Part shown: piece after piece, positions 1 through 9,718 of the stretch
Layout of the letters: each line of letters begins with the position of its first letter
Position numbering within the stretch: position 1 is the first letter of the stretch
Assembly: GCA_023480885.1 (NCBI GenBank)
Contig: JAMCWX010000072.1
Location: 10,628-74,627, forward strand
Direction of reading: 5' to 3'
Length of the DNA stretch: 64,000 nt
Source of the DNA: Chloroflexota bacterium
Lineage (GTDB): Bacteria; Chloroflexota; UBA6077; FW602-bin22; JACPRP01
The notes under the pieces: model-generated
What the model was told of the DNA's origin: nothing
Databases searched by the model: none
What the model saw: the letters and a program-made list of their open reading frames with translations, nothing else
Made by a program: the position numbers and the translations under genes

Positions 1-719
1 ACTTAATGGCAGCGGTCGTGCAAAACGGCGCGGCCATTGGTCTGGCAACAGATGGGGATTCGGACCGGCTGGGTGTCGTCGACGACAAAGGTGAGTATGT
101 CGATCAGTTGCGTGTGTTTGGCTTGCTCGCCCTGTATCTGCTGGATATACGCGGCTGGCGAGGGCCTTTGGTGAAATCCATCTCGACCACGTCGATGATC
201 GACAAGATGGGCAAGCTGTATGGCGTGCCTGTTATCGAGACCCCTGTCGGATTCAAGTACATTGGACCCAAGATGATGGAGGCTAACGCCCTCATCGGCG
301 GGGAGGAGAGTGGCGGTTTCGGTTTCCGTGGACACATTCCCGAGCGCGATGGAATCCTGGCCGGTCTCTTCTTGCTGGACATGATGGGCAAGCTAGGCAA
401 ACCATCATCTCAACTGGTTGATTACTTGTTCTCGAAAGTCGGCCCTCACTACTACGATCGAATTGATCTTGAGTTCCCCGCGGAGAAGAGGGAGGAGATA
501 CTGCAGCGGGTCCGAAACACCCCCCCAAGAGTCATCGATGGCGAAGATGTCGTGAGGATCCAGACGGAGGATGGGTTCAAGTATCATACGGCCGATGGTA
601 GCTGGTTGTTGATTCGCTTCAGCGGGACCGAGCCTGTGCTGCGCGTCTACACCGAGACTCACTCGCCCTTACGCGTGAAGCGCATACTGGAAGCCGGCCG
701 CCAGCTCGTGGGAGTGTAA
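1..719 (+). CDS. Phosphoglucomutase/phosphomannomutase family protein, 5'-truncated by the window edge
   Basis: Metal loop DGDSDR, sugar-binding GGEESGG, C-terminal RFSGTEPVLRVY. Confidence 0.93.
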   Translation, partial: LMAAVVQNGAAIGLATDGDSDRLGVVDDKGEYVDQLRVFGLLALYLLDIRGWRGPLVKSISTTSMIDKMGKLYGVPVIETPVGFKYIGPKMMEANALIGGEESGGFGFRGHIPERDGILAGLFLLDMMGKLGKPSSQLVDYLFSKVGPHYYDRIDLEFPAEKREEILQRVRNTPPRVIDGEDVVRIQTEDGFKYHTADGSWLLIRFSGTEPVLRVYTETHSPLRVKRILEAGRQLVGV

Positions 720-770
720 CGTTTTGCGCACCTCGCACGTGCGCACTATCCAGGAATAGGTGATGGAACG

Positions 771-1829
771 ATGATTCAGCTTGATGCCCCTGATCAACTC
801 CGCCAGATCGATCGGGAAGGGATGATTGACCGCATCGCCGAGTTGCCCAGGCAGTGCCTTGACGCGTGGAACATAGCCCAGAAAGTCACACTGCCTGCGG
901 ATTACTCCGTAGTGGACGGCGTTGTCGTGTTGGGGATGGGGGGCTCTGCCATTGGCGGTGATCTAGTTCGGACCTTGATAGCCGACGAGCTCAAGGTGCC
1001 GATGCAGGTCGTGAGAGATTACGATCTGCCAGCATTCGTTGGCCCCAATACGCTCGTCGTTGCGTCGAGCTATTCGGGGAGCACCGAGGAAACCATCACG
1101 GCCTTCAACGGAGCGATCGCCAGAAAATCCAAAGTCCTCGCCATCACAACGGGTGGCAAGATCAAGGATATGGCACAGCGGATGAGTTTTCCTCTGGTCG
1201 TTTTCGACTACAAGGCGCAGCCACGGGCGGCGCTTGGGTTCTCTTTTGTCCTGCTTCTGGGAGTGCTCCAGAAGCTTGGCTTGGTATCCGAGGTTCGTGG
1301 ACTTGACGAGGCTGTTCAGGTGATGGAGAGATCGCGCGCCAGAATGGAGCCTGCCCAACCTGCCGCGAGCAATCCTGCCAAGCAGATGGCCCAGAGAATT
1401 CACGGAAGGTTGCCGATTGTCTACGGAGGCGGTCTTCTGTCCGAGGTAGCCAGGCGCTGGAAGGGCCAGATGAACGAGAACAGCAAGGCCTGGTCGTATT
1501 TCGAGGTGATGCCAGAACTGAACCATAACGCGGTAGTCGGCTACGAATTCCCCAAAGACCTGGCGAGCAAGCTCGTGGTGATCTTCTTGGATTCCAACCT
1601 GATTCACCCACGAACACGTCTACGTTACAGGATTACACAGGATATCCTGACAAAGCGTGGCGTGTCGTTCGAGGTAGTTGAGGCAGAGGGCACGAGTCCT
1701 CTTGCGCAGATGATGTCAAGCATCTACGTTGGGGACTACGTAAGCTACTACCTGGCGATACTCAACCGAGTGGATCCCACTCCCGTCGACGTTATCAGCT
1801 ACCTGAAGCAGGAGTTGGCACGCGCGTAG
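771..1829 (+). CDS. Bifunctional phosphoglucose/phosphomannose isomerase (SIS fold)
   Basis: GMGGSAIGG, SSYSGSTEET, QPRAA, RRWKGQMNENSK and PELNHN motifs; follows the PMM gene. Confidence 0.92.
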   Translation: MIQLDAPDQLRQIDREGMIDRIAELPRQCLDAWNIAQKVTLPADYSVVDGVVVLGMGGSAIGGDLVRTLIADELKVPMQVVRDYDLPAFVGPNTLVVASSYSGSTEETITAFNGAIARKSKVLAITTGGKIKDMAQRMSFPLVVFDYKAQPRAALGFSFVLLLGVLQKLGLVSEVRGLDEAVQVMERSRARMEPAQPAASNPAKQMAQRIHGRLPIVYGGGLLSEVARRWKGQMNENSKAWSYFEVMPELNHNAVVGYEFPKDLASKLVVIFLDSNLIHPRTRLRYRITQDILTKRGVSFEVVEAEGTSPLAQMMSSIYVGDYVSYYLAILNRVDPTPVDVISYLKQELARA

Positions 1830-1917
1830 GTCTGCGGCGGTTGTGATTATGCTGAACTAGATGAGGGGCGAGATGACCTCACCCCTATAGACTTTCAGCA
1901 AAGTTGGAAACCGCTCT

Positions 1918-4900
1918 TTGCACGCGACGAGACTCAGAATAGCGCTAATTGCGATAATCGTCGGGGTGCTCTTCCTGGCAGGATTCCGCCTGTCACGGGT
2001 GAGCGTTGTTCGAATTCTGCCGCCAGTTGCCATCGGCCAGACAGTGTATCTAAGCGATCTCCCCTGGGCATTAGCTACCACAGGCTGGCTCGCCATCGCC
2101 AACGATGGCCTTCCTGCCAAAGACACGTCGTTTTCTGGCAAGCCCATCAGTTTGCGCGGGACAACCTACGACAAAGGCATCGGAACTTATCCTGTTTCGG
2201 AGATAGTCTACAGCCTCGATGGCGAGTACTTGACTTTCGAGAGCGACGTGGGGCTGGACGACGAGGTGCCTGCTGGTCTCGGCGGTGTAGAGTTTCTGGT
2301 CTTCGCCGACGAAGTCTTAGTCTACCGCAGCGGCGAGGTGCGCGGAGAGGATCCAGTTCGCCGTGTGGAACTGAGGGTGGAAGGCGTGCAAGAGCTGCGT
2401 CTGGCAGTAGTGGACATAACAGAAGGTGCCACGGTCAACTACGCGGATTGGGCCGATGCCAGGGTTGTGCGTCCGCTTATCGGCGGCGGGTCGGACAGCG
2501 CGGCGGTCGCCGTGCCTGACACAACCGTCCGGGCTCGAGTACGCCAGGAGGCGCGAGCGCAGGACGCCATCTTAGCGCAGGCGCTGGCGAAGAACGAGAT
2601 GCGTTTCCTCGAAACCGCGTCTCGCAAGACATCGTTCCCCGCGGCGACCTCTTCCCCTGAGCAGACGACCAGAGCATTCGACGAAGGCAACGGTCGGCTT
2701 TGGCTGAAGAACAACTACCTGGCCATCAGCCTTGGGTATGGTGGTGACCATAATGGTGAGCTGAGCGTCTTATATCTTCCAACCCAAAGCCTCATCGTGT
2801 ATCGGGCTACTTCAGAGGTGAAGCTTGCCTCGGGAAAGGCTTTCAGGCTGGCCGGCAACACGCGCCCCGGAGGCTTTCAGTTCGCCAGCGAATCGCAGAC
2901 AGGACTTGGCGTTGGCCAGAGCGTAAGGGCAAAGTACCTGGCCTCCGGAAGTGAAGAGCAGCTTACAGCCAATCTGACGCTCTTCGACAACTCGCCGTAC
3001 TTCGTTTTCGAGATTAGCGTGGAAAGGTTTTCTGGATATGCCGAGCCTGTAGAGTTCGACTTGTTCTCCTTTGACAGTGACACCTTTAACCTGGGCGAAT
3101 CTGTCGAGTACGTTACCGATCATAGCCGCTTGCGGAAGGGCATCGTGCGAGATGACGGCGTTGTGCGCAAGGACGTGTCGGGCTTTGGCAAGCCCCTGCT
3201 CATCTGGGGAAAGTCGAGGCCGCAAGCCTTCCTCCTCGCGGCTATCGACGAAAGCGAAGGACCAACTTACTTCAGAACAGTGATCGATCCTGGCAGGGTT
3301 ATGGGCAAGGTAGGTCTGACGGCAAGCAATGCGAAGTATGGAGAGGCCGCTGGCATCATCTCCTCGCCTCGGCTCTACTTCGAAGTGACCGACACTTCTG
3401 ATGCTCGGCGTGCGTTCGATAACTACAAGCGCATTATGGGAACTCTATATCCGCCGCTGCCGATGCCGTCCTGGGTGAAGTATCAATGGCTTAGCTGGTA
3501 CGTCTATTATATGGATATCAACGAAGACGAGATAAAGCGCCAGATCGATTATATCGCGGCGAACTTGTCGGATCTGGGATCATGGAGCGTTCTTGTCGAC
3601 GCGGGCTGGTACGTCTCTGAGGGCAGGGAAGGAAGCGATTGGCGGAACGTGGACGCGGCGAAATTCCCCTCCGGCCTGCGTGCGCTGGTGGATTACGCCC
3701 ACGCCAAAGGCGTCAAGATCGTCCTTTACTTCTCTGCCCCCTATCTCGACAGCCGCAAGAGAGAAGGCGACTGGCTGGGACTTGGGAGCATTATCGCGAA
3801 GCACCCCGACTGGCTGATTTTGCTCGGCGAGGACGAATCTCGCCAAAGCTTCGTCTACGATTTCTCAAATCCCGAGCTGCGCCAGTACATGCTCGACGTG
3901 CTGAAGGACTACTTCGTGAAATATGACGTGGACGGCATAAAGGTGGATGGGCTGGGCAACGCCGAGGGAGCTACCTTGAGCAAGGAAAAACTGGACACGT
4001 TCGGGCTGGTCAACAGTTTGGCCGGACAAACGATGGACATCTACAGGTTCATTTATGAGAACGGAAGCCAGTTGAAGCAAGACATATACGTCGAGAGCGG
4101 CTGGCAGAACCCCATCTTTGCCAGTAGCTATGCCCATACTTTTCGCTACGGGGATGAGACCAATGCCTTTAGCAATCCGTATCCTCAGCCTGGCTTGTTG
4201 GAGCACATCGACTACGCGGCGTTGCAGAAGATGGCGCTGGGCCAGCGTCCGAATATGGGTGCGGTGAATGGGGACCCAAACCTATCGATTGTGAATCAGT
4301 GGTGGCTCGAAGCTGGCCTCGCCCTGGGAACGCAGGTGGTTCTCAGCTTCGATCTGCCGTCGATGTCGAACGAGTTTCTAAGCGACTATCGAAGCTTGCT
4401 GATGCACTACGACGCGTTCGCCGACGAAACCCGCTTCGGCGGTTCACTGTTTCCCGATTCCTTTGCGACCGCTGTGGGGGACATTACCTATCTGGGCGTC
4501 TTGAATCGGGGCCCAGACGAGAAGAGGGTGCAATTACGCCTGTCTGATTATGGGCTGGACGGGGACGGCCCATACTCCGTCTACGATGTGGGCCTCCGAC
4601 GATTCACGCGAAGCAGCGGTAGAATCAGGGCTCAGATGCATGGCGAAAGTTTTCGTCTCTTTGTCATCAGGAAGTCACCAGGCGTGATGTGGACGAACAG
4701 TTCCGTGCACGACCTGAAGCAAACCGCGTCATCGCTAGAACTCACCGTGAAGGGGCCGAGGTCGATCCAAGGATTTATTAACCTACATGCTCCAGAGCCT
4801 AAGGCGGTGTTCATAGACGGTCGACAGCTCACGCTCTCAGAAGTGCATCACGCTGGCAGAAACACCTACTGGTACGACGCTCAAACAAGCATCCTGACCC

Positions 4901-4947
4901 TGCGATACAACCACGAAAGGGCGCACCAGATCAAAGTCGAGTACTAG
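1918..4947 (+). CDS. Membrane-anchored or secreted NPCBM/NEW2-domain clan GH-D (GH27/GH36-like) glycosidase
   Basis: N-terminal hydrophobic helix; NPCBM-like VYLSDL...YDKGIG...DWADAR; TIM-barrel motifs WLSWY, VDAGWY, DGIKVD, FRYGDE. Confidence 0.78.
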   Translation: MHATRLRIALIAIIVGVLFLAGFRLSRVSVVRILPPVAIGQTVYLSDLPWALATTGWLAIANDGLPAKDTSFSGKPISLRGTTYDKGIGTYPVSEIVYSLDGEYLTFESDVGLDDEVPAGLGGVEFLVFADEVLVYRSGEVRGEDPVRRVELRVEGVQELRLAVVDITEGATVNYADWADARVVRPLIGGGSDSAAVAVPDTTVRARVRQEARAQDAILAQALAKNEMRFLETASRKTSFPAATSSPEQTTRAFDEGNGRLWLKNNYLAISLGYGGDHNGELSVLYLPTQSLIVYRATSEVKLASGKAFRLAGNTRPGGFQFASESQTGLGVGQSVRAKYLASGSEEQLTANLTLFDNSPYFVFEISVERFSGYAEPVEFDLFSFDSDTFNLGESVEYVTDHSRLRKGIVRDDGVVRKDVSGFGKPLLIWGKSRPQAFLLAAIDESEGPTYFRTVIDPGRVMGKVGLTASNAKYGEAAGIISSPRLYFEVTDTSDARRAFDNYKRIMGTLYPPLPMPSWVKYQWLSWYVYYMDINEDEIKRQIDYIAANLSDLGSWSVLVDAGWYVSEGREGSDWRNVDAAKFPSGLRALVDYAHAKGVKIVLYFSAPYLDSRKREGDWLGLGSIIAKHPDWLILLGEDESRQSFVYDFSNPELRQYMLDVLKDYFVKYDVDGIKVDGLGNAEGATLSKEKLDTFGLVNSLAGQTMDIYRFIYENGSQLKQDIYVESGWQNPIFASSYAHTFRYGDETNAFSNPYPQPGLLEHIDYAALQKMALGQRPNMGAVNGDPNLSIVNQWWLEAGLALGTQVVLSFDLPSMSNEFLSDYRSLLMHYDAFADETRFGGSLFPDSFATAVGDITYLGVLNRGPDEKRVQLRLSDYGLDGDGPYSVYDVGLRRFTRSSGRIRAQMHGESFRLFVIRKSPGVMWTNSSVHDLKQTASSLELTVKGPRSIQGFINLHAPEPKAVFIDGRQLTLSEVHHAGRNTYWYDAQTSILTLRYNHERAHQIKVEY

Positions 4948-5288
4948 GCCAGGTTTATTCGCTTCGTAGTTGCCGACTTGAAGCCCGCTCTACACGATGC
5001 CAACGATTTCGGGCTCAGACGTGCGTGCGCCCAACGCTGCCATCTGCCTGTTGGACCATCAGTTGAAGGTGACACGCTGGACGATCGAGGAAGCCCTGGA
5101 GACGGTCACGGAGTCCGCAGGCGGACTCCGTGACCGTTGCCGCGGTTTCAACCGCCAGGCACGCGAAGACATCGGAGCCCGCAAAAATGCATCCTGCTCA
5201 TCTCAATATCTCTCCGTGTCTCCGTGCCTCCGTGGTGCAAGCGCACCCAACATCAGCATTGGCATATGAGATCGACACCTCGTTTTTG

Positions 5289-5317
5289 TTGACAATACCC
5301 ACTTGGGGTGCTATAGT
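5289..5317 (+). promoter_or_regulatory. Sigma70-type promoter of the pantothenate operon
   Basis: TTGACA (5289-5294), 17 bp spacer, TATAGT (5312-5317), with extended TG. Confidence 0.8.
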
Positions 5318-5324
5318 AAACGCA

Positions 5325-5472
5325 GGTTGCGTACGCGTTGAGCGACGCGAGCCAGGTGTCAGTTGTCTCGTGGTTGGCGATAAAGCTACCGCTTGGATCA
5401 GGTTTGACCGAGACGGGAGAAGAGGGATTTCGAATGCCCTTCGGATCATTCCTGAAGGGCATTTTTCGTTTT
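5325..5472 (+). ncRNA. Structured cis-regulatory leader, probably a pan RNA motif with attenuator
   Basis: Lies between the promoter and the pan genes; stem GTCTCG/CGAGAC, inner hairpin, repeated GAGCCAGG/GATCAGG, ends in an intrinsic terminator. Confidence 0.65.
5433..5472 (+). terminator. Intrinsic terminator within the pan leader
   Basis: AATGCCCTTC...GAAGGGCATT stem running into a T-rich tail (TTTCGTTTT). Confidence 0.8.
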
Positions 5473-5531
5473 CGGGGTCCCATCAGCTATCTGCGCGGCT
5501 CGAATAGAGCCGGCTTTGTCGAGGAGAGACA

Positions 5532-6413
5532 GTGGTCAAGATCGGGTTCATTGGCGCAGGAACGGTTGGCACCGCTCTGGCTGTGACGCTGGCAGACAGG
5601 GGGTATCCGATTACCGCGGTGGCGAGCAGGAGCGTTGCTTCGGCAGAACGACTCGCCAGTGTCGTCGGAGGCCCGCGCGTATGTGCCACAGGGCAGGAAG
5701 TGACCAATTTCGCCGAACTCATCTTCGTTACCACCCCCGACGATGTTATCTCCACAGCCGTTGCTCAGGTGACGTGGAGGCCAGGCCTGTCGGTCGTTCA
5801 CTGCAGCGGAGCGGCTTCCACGGATATCCTGGAGCGTGCGGCGAAACAGGGGGCGAGCGTGGGGGCCTTTCACCCGCTTCAGAGCTTCGCCAACGTCGAG
5901 CGAGCCATAGAGAATATCCCAGGCTCGACCTTTGCGCTTGAGGGGGAGGAGCCTCTGCTCGGTCTATTGAAGCAGTTGGCTCTGGCGCTGAATGGCGTTC
6001 CTGTCGTGCTGGGACCAGGGGACAAAGTGCTGTACCACGCCGCGGCGGTCATCGTCTCCAACTACACCGTCGCCCTGGCCAAGATGGCCACAGACCTGTG
6101 GCGCGTCTTTGGCGTCGATACGCCAGAGGCAACCAGGGCGTTGATGCCTCTACTTCAAGGCACGGTTAACAACATTTCCAATGTCGGCTTACCCAATTGC
6201 TTGACTGGCCCTATCGCACGAGGCGACATCGGGACGATAGAGAAACACTTGCGGGCGCTTGAAGAACAGGCCCCATCAATCCTGCCGACCTACTGCGAGC
6301 TTGGGCTGCAGACTATTCCAGTTGCCCTGGGCAAGGGCAAGATCGACGAGAGCAGGGCGAGTGAGCTAAGACAGCTACTCTCGAACAATGCCTCGCGGAT
6401 TCCACTTGAATAA
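5532..6413 (+). CDS. Rossmann-like DUF2520 oxidoreductase (PanG-type ketopantoate reductase)
   Basis: GAGTVG, HCSGA, FHPLQSF, YHAAAV, LTGPIARGD; first gene of the pan operon. Confidence 0.85.
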   Translation: MVKIGFIGAGTVGTALAVTLADRGYPITAVASRSVASAERLASVVGGPRVCATGQEVTNFAELIFVTTPDDVISTAVAQVTWRPGLSVVHCSGAASTDILERAAKQGASVGAFHPLQSFANVERAIENIPGSTFALEGEEPLLGLLKQLALALNGVPVVLGPGDKVLYHAAAVIVSNYTVALAKMATDLWRVFGVDTPEATRALMPLLQGTVNNISNVGLPNCLTGPIARGDIGTIEKHLRALEEQAPSILPTYCELGLQTIPVALGKGKIDESRASELRQLLSNNASRIPLE

Positions 6414-6428
6414 AGGGGGAATGGGATA

Positions 6429-6791
6429 ATGTTTCGCATCATGATGAAAGGGAAAATCCATCGCGCGCGCGTCACGGAAGCAAACGTTGATTACGAAGGA
6501 AGCATTACGATAGATAGCGACCTGATGAAGGCCGCGGATATTCTGCCCTACGAGCTGGTTCACGTCGTCGATATCGACAATGGCGCGAGGCTTGAAACCT
6601 ACGCCATCGAGGGCGAGCCTGGATCTGGGACGATATGCGTGAATGGCGCTGCGGCAAGGCTTATCCACGAGGGAGACCTGGTTATTATCATTTCTTATTG
6701 TCACGCGGCCGACGAAGAAGCGCGGTCCATCACGCCCAAAGTCGTCAAGGTTAACGCGGCAAACCGCCAGGTCGCGCACGCTTTAGCATAG
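6429..6791 (+). CDS. panD: Aspartate 1-decarboxylase
   Basis: [16 protein letters not shown] (G-S cleavage site), RLETYAI, NGAAAR. Confidence 0.97.
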   Translation: MFRIMMKGKIHRARVTEANVDYEGSITIDSDLMKAADILPYELVHVVDIDNGARLETYAIEGEPGSGTICVNGAAARLIHEGDLVIIISYCHAADEEARSITPKVVKVNAANRQVAHALA

Positions 6792-6824
6792 TTCTTCTGT
6801 CGGGTTTGTCAAAGGAGGAAGACC

Positions 6825-7676
6825 ATGAGAGTGTCCATTACGGAATTGAAGCAGATGAAACAGAAAGGCGAGAAGATCGCCATGCTCACCGCCTACGACT
6901 ATTCGACGGCCAAGCTGCTCGACGAGGCCGGAGTGCCGATGCTGCTGGTCGGGGACAGCCTTGGGATGGTCGTGCTGGGTTACGAATCGACCGTGTCCGT
7001 GACTATGGACGAGATGATTCACCACACCAAGGCTGTGGTGCGGGGAACCAAGAGAGCATTGGTGGTTGGCGATATGCCTTTTATGACTTACCACACCAGC
7101 GTCGAGGATGCCTTGAGGAACGCCGCGAGATTCATTCAAGAAGCCGGCGCTCAGGCAATCAAGCTGGAAGGTGGCGTGACTGTCGCGGATACAGTGAAGC
7201 GTGTGGTTGACTGCGGCATTCCAGTGATGGGACACATCGGTCTGACGCCTCAGTCGGTGAACCAACTGGGCGGGTTCAAGGTGCAGGGGCGCAGCCTGTC
7301 GGCGGCTCTAAGGCTTATCGAGGACGCGAAGGCGTTGGAGCAGGCCGGAGCCTTCGCCATAGTGCTGGAGACGATACCTGCGCCTCTCGCAAAGATTATT
7401 ACAGAGCAGGTCAATATCCCGACCATTGGCATTGGCGCTGGAGCTCATTGTGACGGCCAGGTGCAGGTAGTCCATGACTTGCTCGGGCTATTCTCCGATT
7501 TCGTGCCGAAGCACGCGAAGCAGTACGCGAAACTCAGCGAACCAATAAGAGGCGCGGCTGCCGATTACGTCGCCGAAGTCGTCGCGGGCGCATTCCCCAC
7601 CGCAAAAGAGAGCTTCACGATGGACGAGGCTCTGATCGAGGAACTCACCGCTCAACTCGGATCGAGTGCGAGGTAG
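6825..7676 (+). CDS. panB: 3-methyl-2-oxobutanoate hydroxymethyltransferase
   Basis: [33 protein letters not shown]. Confidence 0.97.
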   Translation: MRVSITELKQMKQKGEKIAMLTAYDYSTAKLLDEAGVPMLLVGDSLGMVVLGYESTVSVTMDEMIHHTKAVVRGTKRALVVGDMPFMTYHTSVEDALRNAARFIQEAGAQAIKLEGGVTVADTVKRVVDCGIPVMGHIGLTPQSVNQLGGFKVQGRSLSAALRLIEDAKALEQAGAFAIVLETIPAPLAKIITEQVNIPTIGIGAGAHCDGQVQVVHDLLGLFSDFVPKHAKQYAKLSEPIRGAAADYVAEVVAGAFPTAKESFTMDEALIEELTAQLGSSAR

Positions 7677-7683
7677 CTCTTCC

Positions 7684-8517
7684 GTGCGCGTCATCAAGAC
7701 TGTTGCCGATTTTAGGGAAGCTCGTCGGCAGGTTGCCGGCTCATTGGGATTCGTGCCGACGATGGGATATCTGCACGATGGACACCTGTCCCTCGTGCGG
7801 GCGGCTAGGGCGGGCAATGATTGCGTGTCTGCCAGCATCTTCGTGAATCCGACACAGTTCGGACCGAACGAAGACCTCAGTCGATATCCACGCGACCTTG
7901 AGCGCGACCTGGCGATGCTGCGAGCAGAAGGGACTGATCTGGTTTTCGCTCCGGGTGTGGAAGACATGTATCCCCAGGGTTTCGCGACTCACGTCGACGT
8001 GACGGGACCGCTCACTGCCAGGCTTGAAGGAGCGGCTCGCCCCGGACACTTCAAGGGCGTGGCTACCGTCGTGACCAAGCTGTTCAACATCGTTCAGCCG
8101 ACCCGTGCGTACTTCGGCCAGAAGGATGCGCAGCAGGCTCTGGTCATCAAGAAGATTGTTGCCGACCTGGACATGAACCTGGAAGTGATCGTGATGCCGA
8201 CCGTGCGTGAGGAAGATGGCCTGGCAATGAGCAGTCGAAACGTCTATTTGAAGGCGAAAGAGCGTGAGGCCGCGCTCGTGCTGTCGAGGTCTCTAGCCCT
8301 CGCCCGCGACAAGTGGTCTCGTGGTGAAAAGGATGCCGAACGCATCCGCGAGGATATGCGGAAGCTCATCGAAAGCGAACCCCTTGCGAAAATCGATTAT
8401 GTGAGCATCGCCGATGCCAGCACGCTTGAGGAGCTCGAGACTCTCGACAAGCTGGCCCTGATCTCCCTGGCAGTAAGGGTAGGGAACACGAGGCTCATCG
8501 ATAATATCCTGCTGTGA
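7684..8517 (+). CDS. panC: Pantoate--beta-alanine ligase
   Basis: VPTMGYLHDGH, FVNPTQF, FGQKDAQQ, AMSSRN, RLIDN; GTG start at 7684 preferred. Confidence 0.97.
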   Translation: MRVIKTVADFREARRQVAGSLGFVPTMGYLHDGHLSLVRAARAGNDCVSASIFVNPTQFGPNEDLSRYPRDLERDLAMLRAEGTDLVFAPGVEDMYPQGFATHVDVTGPLTARLEGAARPGHFKGVATVVTKLFNIVQPTRAYFGQKDAQQALVIKKIVADLDMNLEVIVMPTVREEDGLAMSSRNVYLKAKEREAALVLSRSLALARDKWSRGEKDAERIREDMRKLIESEPLAKIDYVSIADASTLEELETLDKLALISLAVRVGNTRLIDNILL

Positions 8518-8569
8518 AACAGAGCCGGCTCGCAGTGGTCGCAGAAATCGAGCGCGGGTAATTGCCTGG

Positions 8570-9712
8570 CTAGCCTTGTTCGCCACTCTTGATTCTGACG
8601 TCGAAGGCAGTAGCCAGACTGGCAAAATAACCGTCTTGGGGGAGGCCTGATTCGGTTCCATACCGAAAGCTGGAGATGTTAACGTCGACGTGCAGGTTGC
8701 CGGTGTCCAGGACGATTCGCATTCCTGGATTGGCGACCACGACCTCGTTCATCTTACCATTGCCTGCCCAACGCACGAGGTCTGGTGGCGCTTTTGACTT
8801 GGCCCACTTGCTGACTATTCCAATGCGCTTGAACCTATCGCCTCCAACGTAATCGTGGGCCCAGACCGAGAAGGCATAGAAGCGTCCCGGATTCTCCTCA
8901 GACATCTTGAGCTCGGAGCTGAAGCCGCAAGCGCCGATCAAGGAACCAGAAGCTCTGTCCACAATGGGGTGAACCTCGTCGTAGGGGTCTTCACCAAATT
9001 GATAGTGCGACTGAAAACGAAATTCCGCACGAGGCGAAGACAACACGGATACCTGCTCCGGCGCATCGTCGTCAGCGCTTTCCCTTGCCATCTCCTGGCG
9101 AGCGTAGTTCAATGTGCGGATTGAAGGTGGCGAGGCTGTTGGTCTTCTCTGCGGCCTGCTTTCCAAGGACAAAGTGTAGCGTGATTTCCGCCCAAACGAT
9201 GGTGACAGTCGTCGCCTGGTTGGATCGACGAGCCGTAGAACCATGGGCCCGCCGACCCCGAGCGAAGAAACGAACAGAAGCGCGATGCCGAGCCAGAGCC
9301 ACATGCCGTCAAAGCCCCCACCCGATTTCGTTTCGCCTGATGGGGTTCGCGTAGGCTGGCTGCTGGCGCTGTCTTTGTTCAGAGCGCTTGCCAGTTGCCT
9401 GATTGCTCGCGATTCCGTCTGCGCCTCAGGATGAGCCTTAGGATAAGCGTCGGCGAGGACGGTGATGCTGTGGGCGCTATTGCCGTTCTCCAGAAGCGCC
9501 AGCCTGTCCAGCGCGTTGGGGACGCTTCGTTCCCTATCGTACAGAAGGCTCACCATCACAACATAAGCATCTTCAGGAACGCCTTCCTGCCCGATCCTCG
9601 ACCATATCGCGCCTATGACCAGGCCAGCGAATAGCCCCGCGACCAGAACGGCTGCGAGGCCCAGGACTGGTCCGCTCGGCTTGGATACTGGCAGATTCGC
9701 TCGCCTATACAT
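8570..9712 (-). CDS. Hypothetical two-TM membrane protein with a C-terminal beta-rich domain
   Basis: 380-aa ORF with two hydrophobic helices; N-terminal domain paralogous to the upstream gene. Confidence 0.75.
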   Translation of the reverse strand: MYRRANLPVSKPSGPVLGLAAVLVAGLFAGLVIGAIWSRIGQEGVPEDAYVVMVSLLYDRERSVPNALDRLALLENGNSAHSITVLADAYPKAHPEAQTESRAIRQLASALNKDSASSQPTRTPSGETKSGGGFDGMWLWLGIALLFVSSLGVGGPMVLRLVDPTRRRLSPSFGRKSRYTLSLESRPQRRPTASPPSIRTLNYARQEMARESADDDAPEQVSVLSSPRAEFRFQSHYQFGEDPYDEVHPIVDRASGSLIGACGFSSELKMSEENPGRFYAFSVWAHDYVGGDRFKRIGIVSKWAKSKAPPDLVRWAGNGKMNEVVVANPGMRIVLDTGNLHVDVNISSFRYGTESGLPQDGYFASLATAFDVRIKSGEQG

Positions 9713-9718
9713 CGAAGA

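Noticed and set aside
5212..5235. CTCCGTG(T/C/G) repeated three times (8-nt unit)
   Set aside because: Too short and has no spacers, so not CRISPR; resembles simple repeats seen near GxxExxY genes but no such gene is here
4997..5269. 90-aa ORF and a weak GTAG...CTAC stretch after the glycosidase
   Set aside because: No RBS or recognisable motif; may be a remnant but I cannot support a call
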